A DNA stretch of 64,000 bases from positions 1 through 64,000 of the forward strand of contig CAVXVB010000008.1 in assembly GCA_963765205.1 (NCBI GenBank), given 5' to 3'. The DNA is from an uncultured Verrucomicrobiae bacterium. Its GTDB lineage: Bacteria; Verrucomicrobiota; Verrucomicrobiia; Opitutales; JABDGR01. This document shows, piece by piece, positions 35,196 to 45,555 of this stretch. The notes under the pieces are model-generated. The model was not told the DNA's origin. It made no database searches and saw only the letters and a program-made list of their open reading frames with translations. Each line of letters begins with the position of its first letter. Within the stretch, counting starts at the first letter, position 1. The translations under genes were made by a program, and so were the position numbers.

Positions 35196-36131
35196 ATGCA
35201 ATATCGAACGCTGGGCCGGACGGGCCTCAAGGTTTCGGCGCTGGCCTTCGGCGGCTCGTCGCTCGGATCGGCCTTCCGCCCGATTGACGAGGGCGAGGGC
35301 ATCCGTGCGGTGCACACGGCCCTCGACCACGGCATCAACCTGATTGACACCGCGCCTTATTACGGCGCGACGACGGCCGAGACCGTGCTGGGCAAGGCGC
35401 TGCGCGGCGTCCCGCGCGATAAGTATTTCCTCGCCACCAAGGTCGCGCGCTACGGGCCGGAGGCCACGGACTTTGACTTCTCGGCCCAGCGCGTGACCGC
35501 CAGCGTGGATGAAAGTCTGGCGCGGCTCGGCGTGGCTTACGTGGACTTCATCCAGGTGCATGACATGGAGTTTGGCGACTTGGAGCAGATCGTGAATGAG
35601 ACGATTCCCGCGCTGCACCGAGTGAAGGCGGCGGGCAAAGCGCGCTTTGTCGGGATTTCCTGCCTGCCGGTGCGGCTGTTCCGCGCCGTGCTCGACCGCG
35701 TGCCGGTGGACCAGATCCAGTCGTATTGCCATTATTGCCTGAACGACACGGCGCTGGAAGATTTGCTGCCGTATTTGCGGGAAAAGGGCGTGGGGATTTT
35801 CAATTCCGCGCCGCTGGCGATGCGGCTGTTGAGCAACGAAGGGCCGCCCGCGTGGCATCCCGCGCCGGCCGCGCTGCGCGCGAAATGCGCCGAGGCCGCG
35901 GCGCTCTGCCGCGCGCGCGGGTCGGACTTGGGCAAACTGGCCCTGCAATTTTCGCTGGCGAATACTGCCATCCATACCAATATCGTGGGCACCGCCGACC
36001 CACATCGCGTCTTGCAAAACTTGCGCGACCTCGCCGAGCCGCTGGATCAAACCCTGCTGGCCGACGTGCAAAAAATCCTCGCGCCGGTGCATAACCTGAC
36101 CTGGCCCTCGGGCCGCCCGGAGAATAATTGA
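35196..36131 (+). CDS. Aldo/keto reductase, L-galactose/L-fucose dehydrogenase-like
   Basis: [48 protein letters not shown]. Confidence 0.85.
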   Translation: MQYRTLGRTGLKVSALAFGGSSLGSAFRPIDEGEGIRAVHTALDHGINLIDTAPYYGATTAETVLGKALRGVPRDKYFLATKVARYGPEATDFDFSAQRVTASVDESLARLGVAYVDFIQVHDMEFGDLEQIVNETIPALHRVKAAGKARFVGISCLPVRLFRAVLDRVPVDQIQSYCHYCLNDTALEDLLPYLREKGVGIFNSAPLAMRLLSNEGPPAWHPAPAALRAKCAEAAALCRARGSDLGKLALQFSLANTAIHTNIVGTADPHRVLQNLRDLAEPLDQTLLADVQKILAPVHNLTWPSGRPENN

Positions 36132-36136
36132 CCGCC

Positions 36137-37156
36137 ATGAAAACACTGGTCCTTGACGCGCCGGGAAAATTTTCCTACGGCGAAATACCAAAGCCCGCGC
36201 TCGCACCCGGCGATGTGCTGCTGCGCGTGCGGCGGCTGGGCTTTTGCGGCACGGACTTGAGCACGTTTCGCGGCGCGAATCCGTTGGTCACCTACCCACG
36301 CGTGCCGGGGCATGAAATCGCCGCCATTATCGAGGCGGTGACGCCCGGCGTGCCGGCGAATCTGCCCGTCGGCCTGGAGGTGACAGTCATGCCCTATACG
36401 GCGTGCGGAAAATGCACGGCGTGCCGGAGCGGGCGCGTAAATGCCTGCCGTTACAACCAAACACTCGGGGTGCAGCAGGAAGGCGCGTTCACAGATTACC
36501 TTGCGGTGCCGTGGTCAAAAATCGTGGCCGCGCAACTGGGTTTGCGCGAGCTGGCCCTGGTTGAGCCGCTGGCGGTCGGCTTTCACGCCGTGGCCCGCGG
36601 GCGCGTGGCGAAAAATGACACCGTGCTCGTGTTCGGCTGCGGCATGATTGGCCTTGGGGTTATCGCCGCCGCCGGGCTGCACCGCGGCGCCAACGTCATC
36701 GCGGTGGACATTGAGGATGGGAAGCTGGCGCTGGCGAAAAAAGCCGGCGCGGCGCACGTCATCAACTCGCGGAGTGAGAATCTCGCCGAACGGGTGGCGG
36801 CGCTGACCAACGGCGACGGCGCGAACGTTTGCATCGAGGCAGTGGGCGCGCCGGCCACCTTCCTGGCCGCAGTCGAGCACGTCTGCTACACGGGGCGCAT
36901 CGTGTATATTGGCTATGCGAAGGCGCCGGTGTCTTATGAAACGAAATATTTTGTGATGAAGGAGATCGATATCCTCGGCTCGCGCAACTCGACCATCGAA
37001 GATTTCCGCGCCGTAATCGGATTACTCGAAAGTGGGCGCTACCCGGTCGCCGAGACAATCACGCGCACGGTGCCGTTCGGCGAAGCCGGCGCGGCCCTGG
37101 CGGCCTGGTCGGACAACCCCGGCGAGATCACCAAAATCCACGTGACCGTGGACTGA
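36137..37156 (+). CDS. Zn-dependent dehydrogenase, L-galactonate 5-dehydrogenase-like
   Basis: [12 protein letters not shown], CxxCxxC...C, GCGMIG, GSRN. Confidence 0.8.
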   Translation: MKTLVLDAPGKFSYGEIPKPALAPGDVLLRVRRLGFCGTDLSTFRGANPLVTYPRVPGHEIAAIIEAVTPGVPANLPVGLEVTVMPYTACGKCTACRSGRVNACRYNQTLGVQQEGAFTDYLAVPWSKIVAAQLGLRELALVEPLAVGFHAVARGRVAKNDTVLVFGCGMIGLGVIAAAGLHRGANVIAVDIEDGKLALAKKAGAAHVINSRSENLAERVAALTNGDGANVCIEAVGAPATFLAAVEHVCYTGRIVYIGYAKAPVSYETKYFVMKEIDILGSRNSTIEDFRAVIGLLESGRYPVAETITRTVPFGEAGAALAAWSDNPGEITKIHVTVD

Positions 37157-37159
37157 GCC

Positions 37160-37990
37160 ATGCTTGTCATTGACGCCCATCACCACTTTTGGCGCTTTAA
37201 CGTCCAGGACTTCGGCTGGATTGACGACGCCATGCACGTCATCCGCCGCGATTTCCTGCCGCCGGATTTGCAAGAAACCATCTGCGTGGCGGGCGTGGAC
37301 GGCGTGGTGTCGGTGCAGGCGCGGCAAAGTCTGGCGGAGACGCGCTGGTTGCTGGAATTGGCAGGGGAAAATCCCTTCTTGCGCGGCGTGGTGGGCTGGG
37401 TGCCGTTGATTGCGCCGGAGGTCGGGGATATTCTCGGCGAGCTGGCGACGAACCCCAAGCTGCGCGCAGTGCGCCATGTGCTGCAACGGGAGGCGGACGA
37501 ATGTTACATGCTGCGCGAGGACTTTGCCCGCGGTATTGCAGCGTTGCGCGCGCACCGACTGGCCTACGACATCCTGATTTTCGAGCGTCACCTGCCGCAG
37601 ACGATTCAGTTCGTGGACCGCCACCCGCAGCAAATTTTCGTGCTGGATCACCTGGCCAAGCCGCGCATCAAGGATGGGTTGCTGGAGCCCTGGCGGAAAA
37701 ACATCATCGAGTTGGCGCGGCGGCCCCATGTCTATTGCAAACTTTCCGGGATGGTGACGGAGGCCGATTACCTGCACTGGACCGAGGCGCAATTGCGGCC
37801 GTATTTTGAGACGGTACTCGAAGCCTTCGGGCCGCGGCGGCTGCTGTTCGGCAGCGACTGGCCGGTGTGCTTGGTGGCCTGCGACTATGCGCGCTGGGTG
37901 AAACTCGTGCGCGGCTGGATCGGCAAACTTTCCACCGCGGAGCAAGCGCGCATCCTGGGCGAAACGGCGGCGGAAGCCTACGGCCTTTGA
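37160..37990 (+). CDS. Amidohydrolase, L-fucono/L-galactono-1,5-lactonase-like
   Basis: IDAHHHFW, VLDHLAKP, CKLSGMVTEA, FGSDWPVC. Confidence 0.85.
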   Translation: MLVIDAHHHFWRFNVQDFGWIDDAMHVIRRDFLPPDLQETICVAGVDGVVSVQARQSLAETRWLLELAGENPFLRGVVGWVPLIAPEVGDILGELATNPKLRAVRHVLQREADECYMLREDFARGIAALRAHRLAYDILIFERHLPQTIQFVDRHPQQIFVLDHLAKPRIKDGLLEPWRKNIIELARRPHVYCKLSGMVTEADYLHWTEAQLRPYFETVLEAFGPRRLLFGSDWPVCLVACDYARWVKLVRGWIGKLSTAEQARILGETAAEAYGL

Positions 37991-38083
37991 CCGTCCATGT
38001 AAACTTGCGCGCGACACCTCCATCAACCAGGCTTTTGTTGCAATGAAACTCCCCGCCACAAGCTGCGGGGCATTGACCTCCCT

Positions 38084-39715
38084 ATGAAACCCCACCCCCG
38101 TTGCAACCGCGCCGCTCCGGCGGTGCTCTTCGTGTTGGCCGCGCTGGCCGCGCTGCCCCATCAAGCCGCCGCGCAATCCGGCCCCAAGACGACTCCCGCC
38201 GTCGTGGCCGCGGCGGCCGCCGATTGCCCGCCCATTCCCGCCGGGCCGTATGAAGCGACGTGGGACTCCGTGAAGCAGCATCAAATCCCGCAATGGTATC
38301 AAGATGCGAAGTTCGGCATCTCGATGCACTGGGGCCTTTACTCCGTGCCCGCGCACGGCAGCGAGTGGTATGACAAAAACATGGTGGGCGACGCCGCCAC
38401 CTACCAATGGCACGTCGCCAATTTCGGCCCGCTGGATAAATTTGGCTACAAGGATTTCATCCCCCTGTTCACGGCGTGGCAATGGGACCCCGACGCTTGG
38501 GCGGCGTTGTTTAAGAAGGCGGGCGCGAAATACGTCATGCCCTCGGCCGAGCACCACGATGGGTTCGCGCTCTGGGACAGCGCGGTGAACAAATTCAACG
38601 CCAAGAACATGGGGCCGAAGCGCGACCTCATCGGCGACCTCTCCGTCGCGGTGCATAAGGTGGGCCTGAAATTCGGCGTCACCAACCACAGCATGGAGCA
38701 TTTCACCTTCGTCAACCCGACCGCCGTGCCGCCGGACGTGCTCGCCGAGCTGAAAGCCGACCAGAAGGATTTATACGACCCCGCCTGGGCCGATTTCTAC
38801 AGCGTGGCCGACCGCAGTGACGCGGCCTGCCGGCGGTTTCTCATCAACTGGGTCAAGCAGAACGACGAGCTGATTGACAAATACCAACTCGACTTGCTGT
38901 GGTGGGACAACGGCGTGAACCCGCCGCTCTTCGACCCGCTGAAGTTGAAGGTCTTCGCCTATTTTTACAACAGCGCGACGAAGCTGGGCAAGGATGTCTC
39001 GATGATCACCAAGGGCAATGCGTCGCAGGGCGGCCACATTGAGGACTACGAGCGCCAGATGCGCCAGCCCAAGGACATTCAACCCGCGGAGTGGGAGGTG
39101 CATGATTCGCCCGGCTCTCGCTGGGGTTACCTGACCGCCGACACCGGCCACCTGCCCGGCCCCATCTGGGGCCTCGAACGATTGGTCGAAGCTGTGTGCC
39201 GCAACGGCAATTTTCTGCTGAACATTGGCCCCAAGCCCGACGGCACCATCCCGGACGAGGAAGTGAGCCTCTTGCTCGGCATGGGCCGCTGGCTCGATGT
39301 CAATGGCGAGGCGATTTATGGCACGCGCGCGTGGACGAAGGCTGGCGAAGGCGACATGGTCCTCTCGCGCTACACCTCGAAGGAAATCCGCTTCACCACC
39401 AAGGGCGACACGCTCTACGCCATCGTGATGGCGTGGCCGGAGAACGGGCAGGCCGTCATCACCTCGCTGGCCAAAGGCGCGGCGCCCGCTGGGAAAATCG
39501 AGAAGGTCGAACTCCTCGGCGCCAAAGACCCCTTGACCTTCACGCAGGACGACCAGGGCCTGACCGTCAAATTCCCCGCCGACAAACCCTGCGATTTTTT
39601 CTACACGCTGAAAATCACCGGCCTGAAACTCACCTCGGACGCCACACCGGCGGAAACGAAAACTGCCGACGCGACAACCAGCGGCCAGCCATCGCTCGTC
39701 GCGACCGCGCGCTAA
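38084..39715 (+). CDS. Secreted GH29 alpha-L-fucosidase-family enzyme
   Basis: WYQDAKFGISMHWG, EHHDGF, LLWWDN, FLLNIGPKPDG. Confidence 0.92.
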   Translation: MKPHPRCNRAAPAVLFVLAALAALPHQAAAQSGPKTTPAVVAAAAADCPPIPAGPYEATWDSVKQHQIPQWYQDAKFGISMHWGLYSVPAHGSEWYDKNMVGDAATYQWHVANFGPLDKFGYKDFIPLFTAWQWDPDAWAALFKKAGAKYVMPSAEHHDGFALWDSAVNKFNAKNMGPKRDLIGDLSVAVHKVGLKFGVTNHSMEHFTFVNPTAVPPDVLAELKADQKDLYDPAWADFYSVADRSDAACRRFLINWVKQNDELIDKYQLDLLWWDNGVNPPLFDPLKLKVFAYFYNSATKLGKDVSMITKGNASQGGHIEDYERQMRQPKDIQPAEWEVHDSPGSRWGYLTADTGHLPGPIWGLERLVEAVCRNGNFLLNIGPKPDGTIPDEEVSLLLGMGRWLDVNGEAIYGTRAWTKAGEGDMVLSRYTSKEIRFTTKGDTLYAIVMAWPENGQAVITSLAKGAAPAGKIEKVELLGAKDPLTFTQDDQGLTVKFPADKPCDFFYTLKITGLKLTSDATPAETKTADATTSGQPSLVATAR

Positions 39716-39818
39716 TTATTTTGCCGAGGAAAGCGCAACACGGATAAAACCACTTCACCCAATGAATTTAGACTCTATCGCACTGGAGCGCAGAACCGGC
39801 GCAGGCGCGTTTCTTCCG

Positions 39819-39971
39819 TCCCGGGGAGCGCGACCGTCCCGGTCGCTGCGGTCGGCGTCTCGCCGACCGCTTCTTAGCAAAAGCAGGGGGGCCAGCTCCA
39901 TTCGCCGGCTTTCGAAGATGTCCTCGGCGAGACGCCGAGGACGGCGGGCGGGACGCCCGCGCTCCCCGGGA
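39819..39971. repeat. REP/MITE-like palindromic element
   Basis: 14-bp perfect terminal IR tcccggggagcgcg/cgcgctccccggga with internal tcggcgtctcgccga and tcggcgagacgccga hairpins. Confidence 0.75.
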
Positions 39972-40034
39972 CGAAAACCCTCCATCCTCAAGTCCAACCA
40001 TAATTTGAAATTGGTATAAATTCCCAAGCAAACG

Positions 40035-40673
40035 ATGAAGCCAAAAAATTTCATCTGGGTTGCCCTTGCCGTCGCCATCGTGGGCCTCGGCCTCTGGTGG
40101 TTCATGCGCCCAACGACAGCAATGTCAGAAAAAACGTCCGAAGCGCCGATGCCCGCCAAGGCCAATGCGCCTGCGCTGAGCAAAGTCGAAGCGCCCAAAC
40201 CGATCGCACCGCCGAGCGTCGCTCCGCTCGGGCAGAAACCCGACACTACACCCGTTGCCGCCACCCAGACACCAGACCCCAACGCCGACCCACAAGCCGA
40301 TTTGAAAACCGCAATCTCCGACATTGTGCGTTTGTATCGGACTGGTGATCCGGTGGAGGTCTATAAAATTTACGTCCAGCCGGACGAATTTGTACCCGAT
40401 CTCTATCAAGAAATGGAAGAGCACGAACAGCAGGGTGACCAGATACCGGAATTGCAACAGCCAACGCAAGAGCTTCACGACACGATTGCACGGTCTTGGG
40501 AAGCCCTGGAAGACCAGACCCCGACTTTTAACGCCACGGGGGACGAAGCCATTTATTGGAAACAGGGGATTATCCCCTCGCCTGATGGGGGCTACGCGGT
40601 TGGCGGTAATGCGGATTCCGTTACTTTTATCAAAATCAACGGCAAGTGGTATTTGAAAAACGGTCCTTTTTGA
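40035..40673 (+). CDS. Membrane-anchored hypothetical protein
   Basis: N-terminal TM, Pro-rich linker, C-terminal FIKINGKWYL (NTF2-like ending). Confidence 0.7.
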   Translation: MKPKNFIWVALAVAIVGLGLWWFMRPTTAMSEKTSEAPMPAKANAPALSKVEAPKPIAPPSVAPLGQKPDTTPVAATQTPDPNADPQADLKTAISDIVRLYRTGDPVEVYKIYVQPDEFVPDLYQEMEEHEQQGDQIPELQQPTQELHDTIARSWEALEDQTPTFNATGDEAIYWKQGIIPSPDGGYAVGGNADSVTFIKINGKWYLKNGPF

Positions 40674-40742
40674 TAATCGAGTTGGGTTTATCAAATGTTC
40701 AATCCCGTAATAATTCTCACATAAATATTTACCTCCACCCCC

Positions 40743-42410
40743 ATGCAACCCATCGCCCGCCTCCTTGCCATCGCCCCCTTCCTCACCTTCGCCTTATTTT
40801 TGGCCAGCCCGGCCCTGACCGCGCAGGACAGCCCTCGCCCGCTCAAGCCCGACCGCGGCGATATGCCTACGTCCACGCTCTACGACTACGGCGTCATGGG
40901 GCCGAACGCCACGCCGGAGATTGTGGCGGCCGCGGACAAAGCGGTCACCACGCCGATGGCGCCCGGGCCGGTCGCGCCGACGTGGGATTCGATTCAGAAA
41001 AATTACCAGACGCCCTCCTGGTTCGAGGACGCCAAGTTCGGCATTTTCATGCACTGGGGCATTTATTCCGTCGCCGCCCATGGCGGCGGGAACAACAACA
41101 GCGCCGCGGAGTGGTATGAAAAGCACATGTATTCCGGCGGCGCGGAATTGCAGTGGCACATTGATCACTTCGGCGACCCCGCGGCGGGCGGCGGCTACAA
41201 AAATCTTATCTCGTTGTTCACCGCCAAGAATTGGGACCCGGACGCCTGGGCGGCGCTCTTCAAAAAGGCCGGGGCCAAATTCGTGGTGCCCACCGCCGAA
41301 CACCACGATAATTTCGCCAACTGGGACAGCCAGGTGACGCCGTTCAACGCCAAGCGCATGGGGCCGATGCGCGACTTGATTGGCGACCTCGCCGCGGCCG
41401 TGCGCAAGCAGGGCCTGAAATTCGGCGTCTCCAACCACGGCATGGAAAACTTTACCTTTATCGTGCCCGACCCGACGCTCAACGCGCGCCTCAAGGCCGC
41501 GCAAGCCGACCTCTACGACCCGGCGTGGGTGGATTTTTACCACGTCGCCGACCGCAGCGACGCCAGCATGACGCGCTTCCTCACCGACTGGGTCAATCGC
41601 AACCTCGAATTGATTGACAAATACCAGCCGGATCTTCTCTGGTTTGACAACGGCGTCAACCTGCGCGTGCTGGACCCGCTGAAGGAGCACGTCGCCGCCT
41701 ACTTTTACAATCGCGCGCAGCAATGGGGCAAGGAAGTCTCCATCAGCACCAAATACCTCGCCTACGCGCCGAGCAATGACGACACGAAGCAAATCGGCTC
41801 AATCATTGACTTTGAAAAAGTCGGCACGCGCTCGCCGGCGGGCATCCGCCCCGGCCCGTGGATGGTGGACGACCCGATTGGCAGCACCTGGGGCTACAGC
41901 ACGGCCATGACGGTGTCCAACGCGAACGCCGTCCTCGGCAAGTTGATTGACACGGTGAGCAAGGGCGGCGATTTCCTGCTCAATATTTCGCCGATGGCCG
42001 ACGGCACCATCCCCGAGGCGCAGCAGACCACACTGTTGGGCATCGGCGCGTGGCTGGACGTGAACGGCGACGCGATTTACGGCACCCGCGCGTGGACGAA
42101 GTTCAGCGAAGGCGGCGCGGGCCGCGGCGCTCTGAGCTACCACTTTACCACCAAGGGCGACACGCTCTACGCCATCGCCTCGGCCTGGCCGGGTGAACAA
42201 GCAGTCATCACCTCGCTGGCCAAGGGCGCGGTCGCCACCAACGGGCCAATCAAAGTCGAACTGCTCGGCCACGACGGCGCACTTGACAGCACGCAGGACG
42301 AAACGGGCTTGAAAATCACCCTGCCCGCCGACCGCCCAACCGGCGGCGCGAATTACTTCGCGCTGAAAATCACGGGCCTCAACCTGCACGCTCCCGCGGG
42401 CACAAACTAG
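40743..42410 (+). CDS. Secreted GH29 alpha-L-fucosidase-family enzyme (paralog)
   Basis: WFEDAKFGIFMHWG, EHHDNF, LLWFDN, FLLNISP. Confidence 0.92.
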   Translation: MQPIARLLAIAPFLTFALFLASPALTAQDSPRPLKPDRGDMPTSTLYDYGVMGPNATPEIVAAADKAVTTPMAPGPVAPTWDSIQKNYQTPSWFEDAKFGIFMHWGIYSVAAHGGGNNNSAAEWYEKHMYSGGAELQWHIDHFGDPAAGGGYKNLISLFTAKNWDPDAWAALFKKAGAKFVVPTAEHHDNFANWDSQVTPFNAKRMGPMRDLIGDLAAAVRKQGLKFGVSNHGMENFTFIVPDPTLNARLKAAQADLYDPAWVDFYHVADRSDASMTRFLTDWVNRNLELIDKYQPDLLWFDNGVNLRVLDPLKEHVAAYFYNRAQQWGKEVSISTKYLAYAPSNDDTKQIGSIIDFEKVGTRSPAGIRPGPWMVDDPIGSTWGYSTAMTVSNANAVLGKLIDTVSKGGDFLLNISPMADGTIPEAQQTTLLGIGAWLDVNGDAIYGTRAWTKFSEGGAGRGALSYHFTTKGDTLYAIASAWPGEQAVITSLAKGAVATNGPIKVELLGHDGALDSTQDETGLKITLPADRPTGGANYFALKITGLNLHAPAGTN

Positions 42411-42420
42411 CCCAAGACGA

Positions 42421-42501
42421 TTCACCGCCAAGACGCAAAGAGCGCTAAGAATAATTTCTGAAAAAAAACTCCCTTTGCGCTCTTCGCGCCTTGGCGGTGA
42501 A
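42421..42501. repeat. Intergenic inverted repeat with ~9-nt periodicity
   Basis: ttcaccgccaagacgcaaagagcgctaag...ctttgcgctcttcgcgccttggcggtgaa. Confidence 0.75.
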
Positions 42502-42511
42502 CATAATCCCC

Positions 42512-42907
42512 ATGCTCAAACACGGCATCCTCAATCCCCACCTCCTCGAGCTGCTCGGGCGCTTCCGGCACACGAACACCCTTGTCATCGCCGACCGCGG
42601 TTTTCCGTCCTGGCCGCAAGTGCCGACGATTGACCTGAGCCTGACCGACGATATTCCGACGGTCGCGCAGGTGCTCGCGGCGCTGTTGCCGGCGTGCTCC
42701 ATCGGCGCGGCCTTCATGGCGCGGGAATTCAAAGCGCGCAACTCCGCCGAGGCGGTCAAGGCGGCGGAACAATTATTGCGCGCACACGGCGTCAAAATCC
42801 GCTATGAAAAGCACGCGGATTTCAAAAAGCGCGTGCCCGCCTGCCTCGGCCTCATCCGCACGGCCGACACGATTCCCTACCGGAACATCATTTTGGAATC
42901 GGCGTGA
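42512..42907 (+). CDS. RbsD/FucU-family pyranase/mutarotase
   Basis: MLKHGILNPHL, HTNTLVIADRGFP, IRTADTIPYRNIILES. Confidence 0.88.
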   Translation: MLKHGILNPHLLELLGRFRHTNTLVIADRGFPSWPQVPTIDLSLTDDIPTVAQVLAALLPACSIGAAFMAREFKARNSAEAVKAAEQLLRAHGVKIRYEKHADFKKRVPACLGLIRTADTIPYRNIILESA

Positions 42908-43007
42908 AGTAAACTAGGTGTTCGCCTTTGGATTCATTTCCGAGTCAAGGGGAGATGTGTAACCTGACTCCCGCCCTGCCCTTTTTAGCTTGAATAAGGA
43001 TTGTTGT

Positions 43008-43730
43008 CTACTTTTTATCGTCTTTATAAAATTTTATCTGCAGCATCGCTTGGATTGCAGGCTCCAAATAAGAACGACCAATATCCCTCAAAAAGCCAGG
43101 TTCTAGACTATCCCCGTAATAAAATGAATGCCCGGTGCGTGGGTGTTTGAGTTTTGCAAAGAATACCTCTTCTAAATATTCTTGGAATTTCTCTTGAGTG
43201 TCTGATGACTGCTGCTTCCAATGAGCAGTATTTTTGAACTTTCTAACAATATACTTGGAAATCTCCACCCTGTTCTTACATGGAAAACCACGGAAACAGT
43301 GATTTTGGCCGAAGTGGCATTTCAAATCAGATTCTGCTTTTTCTGCCATATCTCTTGCCTCAAATACCCAAACTTCTGGCATTCCATATATCATTTTTAA
43401 CATGAGATAATCAACCCGACGATCGTATTTCCCTGTTAGTTTTTCGTGAAATAAGCCTGCCCTCCTGACACGATCGCTGGATTTGGAGCTTGTCCCCCAT
43501 GCACAAATCTCTGGAGTGAATTCATAAAGGTAGCACCATTGTTTATTTTGACTACTACGTTTAAAGGCCCGCCATTCTTTCCACTTCTCGCCTAAGTAAC
43601 GCCATTGATCTGTTAAACTCATATATTTAAGTTTCTGTTGTTCCTCCGGGTTTAATATCTGATGTGCTCGCATCGACCCGTTGGAAGGATTTTTAAGAAA
43701 TTCCCTGCAAAATTGGCTATCCATAATCAT
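43008..43730 (-). CDS. AT-rich hypothetical protein/domain (possible divergent GIY-YIG-like nuclease)
   Basis: Open frame in AT-rich DNA; WCYLYEF..ICAWGTS..DRVRR..AEKAESDL spacing. Confidence 0.55.
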   Translation of the reverse strand: MIMDSQFCREFLKNPSNGSMRAHQILNPEEQQKLKYMSLTDQWRYLGEKWKEWRAFKRSSQNKQWCYLYEFTPEICAWGTSSKSSDRVRRAGLFHEKLTGKYDRRVDYLMLKMIYGMPEVWVFEARDMAEKAESDLKCHFGQNHCFRGFPCKNRVEISKYIVRKFKNTAHWKQQSSDTQEKFQEYLEEVFFAKLKHPRTGHSFYYGDSLEPGFLRDIGRSYLEPAIQAMLQIKFYKDDKK

Positions 43731-44018
43731 AACGTGCGCGAGCCTTGATTCCGCCACGTCGGAAAGAGTTTTGCCTTGGCGGCGGGCAGTCGAGCGCAAC
43801 GCCTGCACAGTGGCGGGCGCCAGCCGCAGCAAGATCGGCAGGCGGCCCGTGGGTTTGCGACCCGCGCCGCGCCGCGCGCCTCCGCGCCGGAGGGGTTGCG
43901 TGACCACCCGGCGCAAGTCGGGTAGTGGCAGGCCGTTGAGCGCGGCGAGATTGACCTGATAGCCTTCGGCGTCGAACGCCGGCGCTTCAGGGAGTTTGGT
44001 TTTTCCAGTGATTTTCAT
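43731..44018 (-). CDS. BrnA-like antitoxin (AT-hook-like motif plus RHH-like region); no stop before the next ORF
   Basis: RGGARRGAGRKP, ILLRLAP..LRSTARRQGKTLSDVAE; start overlaps the toxin end. Confidence 0.65.
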
Positions 44019-44276
44019 AGTAGTCGCGTCCTTTCCTCCAATAACCCGCGCCGACGATGCGGATGACTCCGCCCGGACGATGAGTATAACGCACGAGGAG
44101 GATGCGTGCGTCCACCCGGCCCAGCAGCCACCAACGCAACTCGCGCCGGTTGCTGTGCGCCGCATCATAAAGATCGACCGCGCGTGGATCGGCAAAAGCC
44201 TGCTGCGCCGGCTGAAATCCACGCCATGGCGCGCAATGTTCGCGCGTTCCTTGGCGGCATCCCAGACGAAGCGCAT
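43987..44276 (-). CDS. brnT: BrnT-family toxin (one frameshift)
   Basis: MRFVWDAAKERANIARHGVDF...AFADP..HS..ELRWWLLG..VRYT..IRIVGA. Confidence 0.88.
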
Positions 44277-44352
44277 GGCTGGACTCTAGAGCGCATAACT
44301 TGAATGTCAATATCTAAAATCAAACCGCTGCCGGGCGCAAGTCCTGACAACT

Positions 44353-45171
44353 TTACTCCGGCGAAGGTGGCGCCACCATAGGCCGGGCCGACGCCGGCGT
44401 GGCGGGGAAGACGCGGTTGCGCACGTCTTCCGCGTAGGCGGCGAAGGCCGCGCGCATCGTGTCGTGCAAATGCGCGTAGGCCTTGGTGAAGGAGGGCGCA
44501 CGCTCGTTGATGCCCAGAATATCATGCGCCACCAAAATTTGACCGTCACAATCCGGGCCGCTGCCGATGCCGATGAGGGGGACGCGGGCCGTGCGCGTCA
44601 ATTCCGCCGCGAGGCGCGGGTCCACCAGCTCGGCGACGAAGGCGAAGACGCCGGCATTTTCCAGCACCGCCACATCGGCGCGCAGGGCGTCCGCCTCCGC
44701 GCCGCGCTGGCCGAATTTGCGGTAGCCGCCGAGGACGTTGACTTGCTGGGGTTGCAGGCCGATGTGGCCCATGACGGGAATGCCGGCTTGGACGAGGCGC
44801 TCGACCAACGGCGCGAGGGCTGCGCCGCCTTCAATTTTCACGGCCTCGATGCCGCCCTCCTGCACGAGCCGGCGGCACGCCTTGACCACGTCGCCGGGCT
44901 TCAGGTGGGCGTCGCCAAAGGGCAAATCCGCGACGAGCAGGGCTTCGGGCTTGGCGCGGGCGACGGCGGCGGCGTGATGCACAATCATGTCGAGCGTCAC
45001 CGGCACAGTGTTGGCAAAACCGAGGACGTTGTTGCCCACCGAATCGCCGACCAGAATGAGGTCTACTCCCGCTGCATCGGCACAATGGGCCGTGGGCGTG
45101 TCGTAGGCGGTGACGCAGACGATGGGGCGCTGGCCTTTGAGGGCACGCAGGATTTGGGTCGTCATCTTCAC
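44353..45171 (-). CDS. panB: 3-methyl-2-oxobutanoate hydroxymethyltransferase
   Basis: TAYD, ILVGDS, ADLPF, VKIEGG, MGHIGLQPQ. Confidence 0.97.
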   Translation of the reverse strand: MKMTTQILRALKGQRPIVCVTAYDTPTAHCADAAGVDLILVGDSVGNNVLGFANTVPVTLDMIVHHAAAVARAKPEALLVADLPFGDAHLKPGDVVKACRRLVQEGGIEAVKIEGGAALAPLVERLVQAGIPVMGHIGLQPQQVNVLGGYRKFGQRGAEADALRADVAVLENAGVFAFVAELVDPRLAAELTRTARVPLIGIGSGPDCDGQILVAHDILGINERAPSFTKAYAHLHDTMRAAFAAYAEDVRNRVFPATPASARPMVAPPSPE

Positions 45172-45265
45172 GGAAAATATTTTCTTTTAAATTATTGCCA
45201 AACGCAACGCCAAACGAAGCTGTCCCCGGCGCGGAATTTGGCGTATAATGCCTCTCCAATCGGCC

Positions 45266-45523
45266 ATGAAACGCTCTCTACACCATCGGTGGAACCGCCT
45301 GTTTCGGCGGCGCGGCGGCCTGCCGCTCACGGCCCGGGTGACGCGCACCAGCTACGATGGGTCGGCGGCGCGCGGCGCGTTCGACCGGCCGCGCGTGGGG
45401 GTGCGCGAATTATCCGACCGCCGCCGCAATTGGGTCCGGCGCATCGCGTTGGCGGCGGGCGCGGTTGCGGTCGTCTGGATTTTGTGGCAGAGCTGGATTG
45501 GGTTGGGCATCTTTGGCAATTAA
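45266..45523 (+). CDS. Small basic protein with C-terminal TM helix
   Basis: Intergenic ORF divergent from panB, TATAAT at 45244-45249. Confidence 0.5.
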   Translation: MKRSLHHRWNRLFRRRGGLPLTARVTRTSYDGSAARGAFDRPRVGVRELSDRRRNWVRRIALAAGAVAVVWILWQSWIGLGIFGN

Positions 45524-45555
45524 GGGCTCAGGCCAAGAAATTGCTTTGGAAATTT

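Noticed and set aside
43008..44276. Single 422-aa BrnT-containing protein
   Set aside because: BrnT continues in another frame after about 22 codons, so the long ORF is an indel artefact; only the antitoxin read-through is kept as a finding
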